Source: Acidobacteriota bacterium (GTDB lineage: Bacteria; Actinomycetota; AC-67). Taken from it: 64,000 nt of DNA. The notes beneath the pieces are model-generated. The model ran no database searches. It was given only the letters and a program-made list of their open reading frames with translations, and had not been told where the DNA came from. Each line of letters begins with the position of its first letter. Position 1 is the first letter of the stretch. Positions 8,491-16,050 of this stretch are shown here, piece after piece. The DNA is taken from assembly GCA_016208485.1 (NCBI GenBank), contig JACQXY010000052.1, positions 13,601 through 77,600 of the forward strand. Direction: 5' to 3'. Both the position numbers and the translations under genes were made by a program.

Positions 8491-9931
8491 AAGCCGTCGA
8501 ACGCGGCCCTCGCCCGCGCGACCGAGCCGGCGTCCGGGCCGACAAGCACGAGCACGCGCGCCCCGGAGCGCAGGACCTCGCCGGCCCCCCCGGGGACTGC
8601 CAGCCGCGCCCGGCGCCGGAGCCGACCGCCAGCGGCGACCCTTCGTTGCCGAACCGGAGCGGCAGCCAGCGCCCGAACGCCTCCGCGGCCTGACGCGCCT
8701 CCGCCTCGGAGTCCCAAACGGTCAGCACCGCCACGAGCGTCCCCCACCCCGAGTCCACTCCGAGGTAGCGACCCCCGTCCCATCCGGCGGCGCCCTCCTC
8801 GGCATCGGGCCTCGGAAGGAACTGGTCGAGCACCAGCCGCAGATCGAACTCGCCGATCTCTCCCGCGCGCCCCGCGCGCCACCCCTTGCCCATCGCCTTC
8901 GCCACGTCGGCCATCTTCACGGTCTGGGGATCGTCCCGGCTCGCGAGGTAGCGCCCCGGGTGCAGGATCTGCTCGCTCGACAGCGGCGGATCCTTGTAGG
9001 CCGCATCGACCAGGTCGAACCCACCGCGGTCGCGGAGCGCCTGGGCGAACGCCAACCCCTCCTGGTAGGGGAAGAGCAGCGTGCGCTGGAGGAATTCCGG
9101 GGACGCGTCGAACGCCGCCCGTGGGGCGCGCGCGATCTCCCCAGCAAGCGATGCTCGCTCGGCCGGGGTCAGGACCTCGGAGGCGTACAGCGCCGACGTG
9201 AGAGAGGCATCGCCCTCCGCCAGGGCAAGGAAGGCGGCCGCCCGATCGTCCTCGTGGCGCGCGTTGAGGGTGTCGAGGCGTCCGAGGTCGAAGTGCTGGT
9301 CGGTGAGGGCGTGAGTCAGCTCGTGGGCGAGCACGAACCGGTCGAGGGGCGAGAGGCGGCTCGGGTCGCCCTCGATGACGAGCCGCTTCGTGCGGGTGTC
9401 GTAGAAGCCGCCGACAACCTCTTCGTTCACGCCGAGCAAGATCCTGTACAGATCCTCCGACGGCCCGAGCATCCCGAGCGCCGTCAGCACGCGGCCCGAT
9501 GCCTCGACCTCCGCGCGCGGGTTATCCTTGCGGAACTGCTCGGCCACCTTCCACCGGAGCCGAGCATCGGTCACCACTTCCGGATCCACCTGCTTCGAGA
9601 AAGTCAGGTCTCGGATGCGCGCGACCGCCTGGGTCAGCCCGTCGATCGCCGAGCCCCCGGAGCGAAGCCCGGCCCGGAGCGAATCCACCTCGGCCTGGAG
9701 CGAGGAGACGCGGCCGCGGAGCGAGAAGATCGCATCCTCCCGGTCGCGCAGGCGAACCGCCAGCATCCCGCTCGCGACGACAGACGCCGCCAGCGCGATC
9801 GCGAGCGCCACGATCGCGGCCGGTCGCCCGCCGGGCCCCGCCGCGCCGGGCAGCCCTCCCCCCGGCGTTTCCCAGGGGAGCCGGGGCGGCTCGACTCGGG
9901 GCGGAGCGCCCGGCGGATCCTCGGGCCGCAT
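8405..9931 (-). CDS. Membrane-anchored HExxH metalloprotease-like protein, translationally coupled to prcA; its 3-prime end is probably frameshifted (corrected end 8487)
   Basis: The ATG (9929-9931) overlaps the prcA stop as ATGA. There is a TM helix (AAIVALAIALAASVVASGMLAV), a heptad-like stretch, and HELTH at 9311-9325. After the C7 run at 8585-8591 the frame becomes Arg/Ser-rich junk. The neighbouring frame (ORF 8487..8882) ends in the plausible ...GEVLRSGARVLVLVGPDAGSVARARAAFDGF. Confidence 0.7.
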   Translation of the reverse strand: MRPEDPPGAPPRVEPPRLPWETPGGGLPGAAGPGGRPAAIVALAIALAASVVASGMLAVRLRDREDAIFSLRGRVSSLQAEVDSLRAGLRSGGSAIDGLTQAVARIRDLTFSKQVDPEVVTDARLRWKVAEQFRKDNPRAEVEASGRVLTALGMLGPSEDLYRILLGVNEEVVGGFYDTRTKRLVIEGDPSRLSPLDRFVLAHELTHALTDQHFDLGRLDTLNARHEDDRAAAFLALAEGDASLTSALYASEVLTPAERASLAGEIARAPRAAFDASPEFLQRTLLFPYQEGLAFAQALRDRGGFDLVDAAYKDPPLSSEQILHPGRYLASRDDPQTVKMADVAKAMGKGWRAGRAGEIGEFDLRLVLDQFLPRPDAEEGAAGWDGGRYLGVDSGWGTLVAVLTVWDSEAEARQAAEAFGRWLPLRFGNEGSPLAVGSGAGRGWQSPGGPARSCAPGRACSCLSARTPARSRGRGPRSTASRLPRRERSRWRARGRDRSERGGAGPAG

Positions 9932-10623
9932 CAGCCGGCCGGGAGCGCCGCAGCGACCTGGTCGCCGGAGAGCCTCCGGAAAGCCCGCCGCAGCCGCCCG
10001 CGGTCGAGCATCGCCGCCTCGAGGTTGCGACCCTCGAGCGTGCGCTTCGGGTCGGCCTCCACGAGCGCCCGCGCGCCGAGCCGCAGCGCCTCCTCGAGGC
10101 TCATCCCGGCCGAGAACCCCCGCCTGACCGCCTCGGTCAGGTTCTCCGCCTGCCCGCCGATCGCGACGAAGCCCTGCTCGTCGGACACGCTGCCGTCGTA
10201 GAGGACCCGGTACATCTCGTCGGACTCGAGCGTCGCGCCGACCTGGGCGACCAGCAGCTCCACCTCGAAGGGCTTCATCTCGTGCGTGAAGATATTCCCG
10301 AGCGCCTGCGCGTAGGCGTTCGCGAGCGATCGCGCGGTAACGTCCTCGCGGTCGTAGGACCACCCCCGCATGTCGGCGAGCCGCACGCCGGCGATCCGGA
10401 GGTTTTCGAACTCGTTGTACTTGCCCACCGCCGCGAACGCGATCCTGTCGTACAGCTCCGAGATCTTGTGGAGGGTCGCGCTCGGATTCTCGGCCACGAG
10501 GACGATCCCCTCCGCGCAGGTCACGGCCACGATCGACTTGCCGCGCGCGATCCCCTTCCGGGCATAGTCGGCGCGGTCCTTCATGAACTGCTCCGGCGAC
10601 ACGTAGTACGGCATGCCCGCCAT
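9931..10623 (-). CDS. prcA: Proteasome alpha subunit
   Basis: MAGMPYYVSPEQFMKDRADYARKGIARGKSIVAVTCAEGIVLVAENPSATLHKISELYDRIAFAAVGKYNEFENLR closely parallels Mtb PrcA. The ATG at 10621-10623 overlaps the prcB stop as ATGA. Confidence 0.96.
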   Translation of the reverse strand: MAGMPYYVSPEQFMKDRADYARKGIARGKSIVAVTCAEGIVLVAENPSATLHKISELYDRIAFAAVGKYNEFENLRIAGVRLADMRGWSYDREDVTARSLANAYAQALGNIFTHEMKPFEVELLVAQVGATLESDEMYRVLYDGSVSDEQGFVAIGGQAENLTEAVRRGFSAGMSLEEALRLGARALVEADPKRTLEGRNLEAAMLDRGRLRRAFRRLSGDQVAAALPAG

Positions 10624-11420
10624 CAGGCTCGCCCCGCCAGCAGCTTCTGCACAATGGTCTTCAGCTCCGAGTCGGGCACCTGCCGGTATCCCTCCGCCGA
10701 CACCGTCGCGACGATCGGGTAGATGCTCCGGATGAGATCCGGGCCTCCGGTCGCCGCGTCCTCCTCGGCCGCATCCACGAGCGCCTCGACGGCGGCGCGG
10801 ATCGCCTCGGCTCGCGAGAGCCCGGGTCGCCACCGCTTCTTGAGCGTCCCGCGCGCGTGAACCCCCCCCGAGCCCGTCGTGGCGTGATCGGCCTCCTCGT
10901 ACTTGCCACCGACCACGTCGAAACGGAAGATGCGCCCGACCCCCCGGGCCCGATCGAACCCCCCGAAGAGCGGCACGACCACGAGTCCCTGCAACGCCGC
11001 CGGGAAGTTCAGCTTGATCATCTGCGCGAGCCGGTTGGCCTTGCCCTCGAGGGACAGCTCGTCCCCTTCGATCTTCTCGTAGTGCTGCAGCTCGACCTGG
11101 AAGAGCTTCACCATGTCGATCGCGGTCCCGGCAACCCCGGCGATCGCCACGGCCGAGTAGTCGTCGGCGGGGAAGACCTTCTCGATGCGCCTGTCGGCGA
11201 TCTGCAGACCCTCGGTGGCCCGCCGGTCGCCGGCCATCACGATGCCCCCGTCGAAGGTGAGCGCCAGGATCGTCGTCCCGATCGCCACGGCGGGCACCGG
11301 CGCCGGGCTCTGGACGCTCGGAAGCAGGCCGGGATCCAAGCGCCGAAGGAGGTCCGCAAACGAGGGGCTGCCGTCCGGCGCGAACGCCGCCCTGGCCCAG
11401 TCGCTCCGCAGGTCACTCAC
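10623..11420 (-). CDS. prcB: Proteasome beta subunit (propeptide plus catalytic Thr)
   Basis: ...SFADLLRRLDPGLLPSVQSPAPVPAVAIG|TTILALTFDGGIVMAGDRRATEG contains the propeptide/Thr1 junction and parallels Mtb PrcB. The start is a GTG at 11418-11420, inside the last codons of pup. The upstream part of the track ORF is the out-of-frame shadow of pup. Confidence 0.93.
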   Translation of the reverse strand: MSDLRSDWARAAFAPDGSPSFADLLRRLDPGLLPSVQSPAPVPAVAIGTTILALTFDGGIVMAGDRRATEGLQIADRRIEKVFPADDYSAVAIAGVAGTAIDMVKLFQVELQHYEKIEGDELSLEGKANRLAQMIKLNFPAALQGLVVVPLFGGFDRARGVGRIFRFDVVGGKYEEADHATTGSGGVHARGTLKKRWRPGLSRAEAIRAAVEALVDAAEEDAATGGPDLIRSIYPIVATVSAEGYRQVPDSELKTIVQKLLAGRA

Positions 11421-11625
11421 CGCCCTTCTGAACGTAGGACCGGACGAACTCCTCCGCGTTCTCCTCGAGGACCTCGTCGATCTCGGCGAGCAGCTCGTCG
11501 GCCTCCTCGATCGCGGCCTCAGCCTTCTTCGCGACCTGCCCTCCCTCGCCGGCCTCCCCCCCGTCCCCGCCGTGCCTGTGAGCCTTCTTCCTCTGGTGCT
11601 CAGCGCCGCCGCCCGACTTGGCCAC
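11413..11625 (-). CDS. pup: Prokaryotic ubiquitin-like protein Pup, C-terminal GGE type
   Basis: The tail of ORF 11413..12357 reads ...EEADELLAEIDEVLEENAEEFVRSYVQKGGE. Mtb Pup has DDLLDEIDDVLEENAEDFVRAYVQKGGQ. I chose the GTG start at 11623-11625 because it follows GGGGAGGGTTC, the same context as the dop start. An alternative ATG-ATG at 11701-11706 would add 27 Gly-rich residues. Confidence 0.9.
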   Translation of the reverse strand: MAKSGGGAEHQRKKAHRHGGDGGEAGEGGQVAKKAEAAIEEADELLAEIDEVLEENAEEFVRSYVQKGGE

Positions 11626-11744
11626 GAACCCTCCCCGATCCAGCCCCGATCCACCGCGCGCCCCCCACCCCAGACCGGGTCCCAGGCCGGCAGGCGCGGG
11701 CATCATTCTAGCCGTGGTCTCCGGTCCATTCGCGGCTCGCGGGG

Positions 11745-13229
11745 TCAGCCCTGGAGGCGGCCGATGAGATCGGCGGCGGTGCGGCACTCGTCCAGCACGG
11801 GCTTGACGTGTGCCTCCGTGCCCCGCAAGGGCTCCATCATCGGAACGCGCCGAAGCGTGTCGCCTCCGACGTCGAAGATCACCGAGTCCCAGGAGGCCGC
11901 GGCGATCTCCCCAGGGAATTGCGCCAGGCACCGGCCGCGGAAGTAGGCCCGCGTGCTGCGCGGCGGGCGGTCGACGGCGTCGCGCACGTCGTCCTCCGGC
12001 ACCAGCCGCTCCAGCTTCCCGTTGCGCGCGAGGACGCTCGCGAGGCCCCTGCCCTCCCGGACGTCGTGATACTGAAGGTCCATCATCTGCAGCTTGGGGT
12101 CGGTCCAGCGCAGGCCGTCCCGGTCCCGGTACGACGAGAGCAGAGTCCACTTCGCCACCCAGTCGAGCTCCCGATCCAGCGACATCGGATCGGTCTCGAG
12201 GGCCCCGAGCACATGCTCCCACCGCGCCATCACTTCCCCCGCCCACTCCGGCGCCTCGTGCCTCATGAGGTACTTCTCGGCCATCTCGAAGTACCCCCAT
12301 TGGATGTCCACCGCGCGCACGGCCCGGCCGCTCCGGAGCGACACGGTCGCGCCGCACGACGGGTCGTGGGAGATGCGCCGGAGCGCCTGCACGGGGCTCT
12401 CCAGCGCGAAGTCCCCGGTGATGGCGTCGTCCTCGATCATCATCAACGTGAGCGCGGTCGTCCCGACCTTCAGCAGGATCGCGACCTCGCTCATGTTGGC
12501 GTCCCCGATGATCACGTGGAACCGCCGGTACTTCTCGGGGTCGGCGTGCGGCTCGTCCCGGGTGTTCACGATCGGGCGCTTGAGCGTGGTCTCAAGGCCG
12601 ACCTCGGCCTCGAAGAAGTCCGCGCGCTGCGAGATCTGGTACGGACCGAACTCCCCCGCGACGGGGCCCCCGAGCGATCCCGCGCCGCAGAACACCTGCC
12701 GGGACACGAAGAACGGCAGCACCTCCCCCGCCAGTCGCGCGAACGGCGTCTCCCGGTCCACCAGGTAGTTCTCGTGACACCCGTACGAGGCGCCCTTGCC
12801 GTCGGTGTTGTTCTTGTAGACGAGCATGCGCCGGCCGGAGGGGAGAAGCTCGCTCGCCCGCTCGATCGAGCGCGCCAGGATCCGCTCGCCGGCCTTGTCG
12901 TGCGCCACCAGCTCGCGCGGACAGAGGCACTCGGGGGTCGAGTACTCGGGGTGCGCGTGGTCCACGTAGTAGCGGGCGCCGTTCGTGAGGATCGCGTTGG
13001 CGAGGCCGAGGTCCTCCTCGCTCGGTCCGGCCGGCTCCCGGGCATGCTCGAAGCCGCGCGCGTCTCGCAGGGGGGACTCCTCCTCATAGTCCCAGCGGAC
13101 GCGACGGGAGGTGTGCGCCACGTAGGCGTTGATCAGCATGCTCGATCCGAGCACCGGGTTGAACTCGGTGAGCCCCGGCACCGTGATGCCGTACTCGGTC
13201 TCGATGCCCATGACCTTCGGGATGGCCAC
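11745..13229 (-). CDS. dop: Pup deamidase/depupylase Dop
   Basis: (V)AIPKVMGIETEYGITVPG...RWDYEEESPLRDARGFEH...ILTNGARYYVDHAHPEYSTPEC parallels Mtb Dop. The GTG start at 13227-13229 follows GGGGAGGGTTC. The track ORF start at 13277 is 16 codons upstream. Confidence 0.95.
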   Translation of the reverse strand: MAIPKVMGIETEYGITVPGLTEFNPVLGSSMLINAYVAHTSRRVRWDYEEESPLRDARGFEHAREPAGPSEEDLGLANAILTNGARYYVDHAHPEYSTPECLCPRELVAHDKAGERILARSIERASELLPSGRRMLVYKNNTDGKGASYGCHENYLVDRETPFARLAGEVLPFFVSRQVFCGAGSLGGPVAGEFGPYQISQRADFFEAEVGLETTLKRPIVNTRDEPHADPEKYRRFHVIIGDANMSEVAILLKVGTTALTLMMIEDDAITGDFALESPVQALRRISHDPSCGATVSLRSGRAVRAVDIQWGYFEMAEKYLMRHEAPEWAGEVMARWEHVLGALETDPMSLDRELDWVAKWTLLSSYRDRDGLRWTDPKLQMMDLQYHDVREGRGLASVLARNGKLERLVPEDDVRDAVDRPPRSTRAYFRGRCLAQFPGEIAAASWDSVIFDVGGDTLRRVPMMEPLRGTEAHVKPVLDECRTAADLIGRLQG

Positions 13230-13292
13230 GAACCCTCCCCACAAGCGCAGGGCCGGCCATCGGGCCGGCCCTGCCATCCTACGCTCGCGCGA

Positions 13293-15086
13293 TCACAGGT
13301 ACTGCCCGGTCGCGACCGTCTCGATCGCCCGCGGGGAGCCCTTCGTTCCCTCCGACAGAAGCGTGCGGACGTAGACGATCCGCTCGCCCTTCTTGCCGGA
13401 GATCCTGGCCCAGTCGTCGGGGTTGGTCGTGTTCGGGAGGTCCTCGTTCTCCTTGAACTCGCTCCGGATGGCGTCGAGCAGATCCTGCCCGCGAATGCCG
13501 CGTTCACCGGTCGCGAGAAGCCGCTTGATCGCCTCCTTCTTCGCCCGAGCGACGACGTTCTCGACCATCGCGCCGGAGTTGAAGTCCTTGAAGTACAGGA
13601 TCTCCTTGTCCCCGTTGGCGTAGGTGACCTCCAGGAAGCGATTCTCGTCGGACTCGGCGTACATCCGCTCGCAGGTGACCGCGATCATCGCCTCGACGGC
13701 CTTCTCAGCGCTCCCGTGCTTCCGGATCTCATCCTCGTGGAGCGGGAGGTCGGGCGTCAGGTAGATCCGGAAGACCTCGCGCGCCGCCTCGCGGTCGGGG
13801 CGCTCGATCTTGATCTTCACGTCCAGGCGCCCGGGGCGCAGGATCGCCGGGTCGATCATGTCCTCGCGGTTCGATGCCCCGATCACGATCACGTTGGTCA
13901 GGGTCTCGACGCCGTCGATCTCCGACAGGAGCTGCGGGACCACGGTGTTCTCCACGTCGGAGGAGATCCCCGACCCGCGCGTGCGAAAGATCGAGTCCAT
14001 CTCGTCGAAGAACACGATGACCGGGAACCCCTCCTCGCTCTTCTCCTTCGCGCGCTGGAAGATGAGCCGGATCTGGCGCTCGGTCTCCCCGACGTACTTG
14101 TTCAGCAGCTCGGGACCCTTGATGTTCAGGAAGTAGCTCTTCGCGTTCGGACCTTCGCCCTGCTCCCCCACCTGCCGGGCGAGCGAGTTCGCGACCGCCT
14201 TGGCGATGAGCGTCTTGCCGCACCCGGGTGGCCCGTACAACAGCACGCCCTTCGGCGCCTTCAGCTTGTGCTCGGCGAAAAGGTCGGCGTGCAGGAAGGG
14301 CAGCTCGACGGCGTCCCGGATCGCCTCGATCTGGCCGCGGAGCCCCCCGATGTCCCGGTAGGTGATGTCCGGGACCTCCTCCAGGATCAGCTCCTCGACC
14401 TCGGGCTTCGGCAGCCGCTCGAAGGCGTAGCCGGACCGGCCGTCAATCATCAGGCTGTCGCCGGACCGGAGGCGCTGGCCCCGCAAGGGCTCGGCCAGGT
14501 AGACCACACGCTCCTCGTCGGCGTGCCCGACGACGATCGCGCGCTCGGAGTCGATGATCTCTTTCAGGGTGACGACCTCGCCCTGGGCCTCGAACGCGCG
14601 CATGGCGATCACGTTCATCGCCTCGTTGAGCATGACCTCCTGCCCCTTGACCATGCCCTTGGGGTCCACGTCGGGGTGGACGGCCACCCGGAGCTTGCGG
14701 CCCCCGGTGACGATGTCCACCGTCCCGTCCTCGTTCGTCGACATGTAGACGCCGAACGCGGATGGCGGCGCGGTCAGCTTCTCGACCTCTTCCTTGAGGG
14801 CGAGGATCTGCTCTCGCGCTTCCTTCAGCGTCGAGGCGAGACGCTCGTTCTGGCCGAGCACGTGCGAGAGGCGCGCTCGCGCCTCCGCGAGCTTGTCCTC
14901 GAGGACCCTGCCCTGCCGACCCGGCTCGCCCACGCGACGCCGCATCAGCGCGGCCTCCTCCTCGAGAAACGCCACCTGGCTCCGAAGCTCGGCGATCTCC
15001 TTCTCGTGGTCGCCACCGCGCGGCTCTCGCTCAGACCCACGCACCGGCACACCTCCTTGCGACGCTCCAGCTCGCGACGCTCCCAT
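13293..15086 (-). CDS. arc: Proteasome-associated AAA ATPase ARC/Mpa
   Basis: 597 aa with an N-terminal coiled coil, Walker A (GPPGCGKT), and a C-terminus of ...ETVATGQYL, the GQYL proteasome-docking motif. It lies immediately upstream of dop. Confidence 0.97.
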   Translation of the reverse strand: MGASRAGASQGGVPVRGSEREPRGGDHEKEIAELRSQVAFLEEEAALMRRRVGEPGRQGRVLEDKLAEARARLSHVLGQNERLASTLKEAREQILALKEEVEKLTAPPSAFGVYMSTNEDGTVDIVTGGRKLRVAVHPDVDPKGMVKGQEVMLNEAMNVIAMRAFEAQGEVVTLKEIIDSERAIVVGHADEERVVYLAEPLRGQRLRSGDSLMIDGRSGYAFERLPKPEVEELILEEVPDITYRDIGGLRGQIEAIRDAVELPFLHADLFAEHKLKAPKGVLLYGPPGCGKTLIAKAVANSLARQVGEQGEGPNAKSYFLNIKGPELLNKYVGETERQIRLIFQRAKEKSEEGFPVIVFFDEMDSIFRTRGSGISSDVENTVVPQLLSEIDGVETLTNVIVIGASNREDMIDPAILRPGRLDVKIKIERPDREAAREVFRIYLTPDLPLHEDEIRKHGSAEKAVEAMIAVTCERMYAESDENRFLEVTYANGDKEILYFKDFNSGAMVENVVARAKKEAIKRLLATGERGIRGQDLLDAIRSEFKENEDLPNTTNPDDWARISGKKGERIVYVRTLLSEGTKGSPRAIETVATGQYL

Positions 15087-15100
15087 GCTCGATTATAGGC
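15087..15100 (-). promoter_or_regulatory. Perfect -10 hexamer placing the arc start codon at or next to the transcription start (probable leaderless mRNA)
   Basis: The minus strand reads gccTATAATcgagcATGgga. TATAAT is the complement of 15092-15097, and 5 nt separate it from the arc ATG (15084-15086). No SD sequence fits in between. Confidence 0.55.
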
Positions 15101-15270
15101 AGCGGGACGGACGGTGGGTGGAGGTGCGCGGCGGCAACCCTCATCTCCCGGCCTCCCCAACGCGTCCCGCGAGTTCCTTGACGGTCCTTCCCGTGTATCG
15201 TCACGCGGCCGGGCCGAACTGAAGCCCGAATTGCCGGGAACCGGCGATCGCCGGGGACCTGCGTCGCGCG

Positions 15271-16050
15271 TCAAACCCCGAGGAACCGCGCTGTGGTGAT
15301 GAACCCCGTGTGGGCGACCATCCGGTGATCGGGGCGCACGCTCTGGCCCTCGACGTGCCACGGCCGGACGAGTCCCTCGATCGTCGCGATCTCGGTGAAG
15401 CCGGCCCCGCGCAGCTCCTCCACGGCCTGGTGGACCTGCAGAACGGTGGGGACGTACGAGCAGAAGATGGCACCCGGCCGGAGCACCTCTCGCGCGACCG
15501 GGATGACCGTCCACGGCTCGGGCAGGTCGAGCACGATCCGGTCCACGTCGCGCTCGGGCACTCCGGCGGTGAGGTCCCCCAGCCGAAGCTCAAGCGAAGG
15601 CGGGATCTTCCCCAGGAACGCTTCCACGTTCGCGCGAGCGCGAGCGTGGAAGTCCTCCCGGATCTCGTAGGAGATTAAGCGCCCGCGCTCCCCGACCATC
15701 CGGGAGAGCGCGAGCGTGAGAGCCCCCGAGCCCGTGCCGGCCTCGAGCACCGTCTGGCCGGGACCGATGTCGGCGAGCACCAGGATCAGCCCGATGTCCT
15801 TCGGGTAGATGACCTGGGCGCCGCGCGGCATCTTCAGCACGAACTCGGCGAGCGACGGGCGGAACACGATCAGCGGTACGCCCGACGTGGAGTAGACCCG
15901 GACCCCTTCGTGGAACCCGATGATCGCGTCGTGGGCGACCGCGCCGTGATGGGTGTGGAACTCGCCCCCCGGCCGCAACGTGACGAGGTAACGCCGCCCC
16001 TTGCGGTCGATCAGGAGCGCGCGCTCCCCCGACTCGAGCGGGGCGCTCAC
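15271..16050 (-). CDS. trmI: tRNA (adenine58-N1)-methyltransferase TrmI
   Basis: ERALLIDRKGRRYLVTLRPGGEFHTHHGAVAHDAIIG...PRGAQVIYPKDIGLILVLADIGPGQTVLEAGTGSGALTLAL parallels Mtb Rv2118c. The GTG start (16048-16050) follows GGAGG and overlaps the upstream stop as GTGA. Confidence 0.93.
   Translation of the reverse strand: MSAPLESGERALLIDRKGRRYLVTLRPGGEFHTHHGAVAHDAIIGFHEGVRVYSTSGVPLIVFRPSLAEFVLKMPRGAQVIYPKDIGLILVLADIGPGQTVLEAGTGSGALTLALSRMVGERGRLISYEIREDFHARARANVEAFLGKIPPSLELRLGDLTAGVPERDVDRIVLDLPEPWTVIPVAREVLRPGAIFCSYVPTVLQVHQAVEELRGAGFTEIATIEGLVRPWHVEGQSVRPDHRMVAHTGFITTARFLGV

Noticed and set aside
9931-10654. N-terminal 240 codons of the 749-aa ORF 8405..10654
   Set aside because: This part overlaps prcA in another frame and is Arg/Gly-rich junk. 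The ATG at 9931 is coupled to the prcA stop and is followed by a TM helix, which makes it the credible start.
11626-11706. Longer Pup start at ATG-ATG (11701-11706), adding 27 Gly-rich residues
   Set aside because: This start is possible. However, the GTG at 11625 shares an exact 17-nt initiation context with dop and gives a Pup of typical length (70 aa). I kept the longer start as an alternative in the feature note.
11808-15098. 1096-aa plus-strand ORF. Similar giant ORFs occur at 53305-57513 (1402 aa), 27624-30008 (794 aa) and 50190-52589 (799 aa).
   Set aside because: They lie antisense to unmistakable genes (dop/arc, uvrA, solute-binding protein, uvrC). Their products are Arg/Pro/Gly-rich low complexity. 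These are typical stop-codon-poor shadow frames of very GC-rich DNA.
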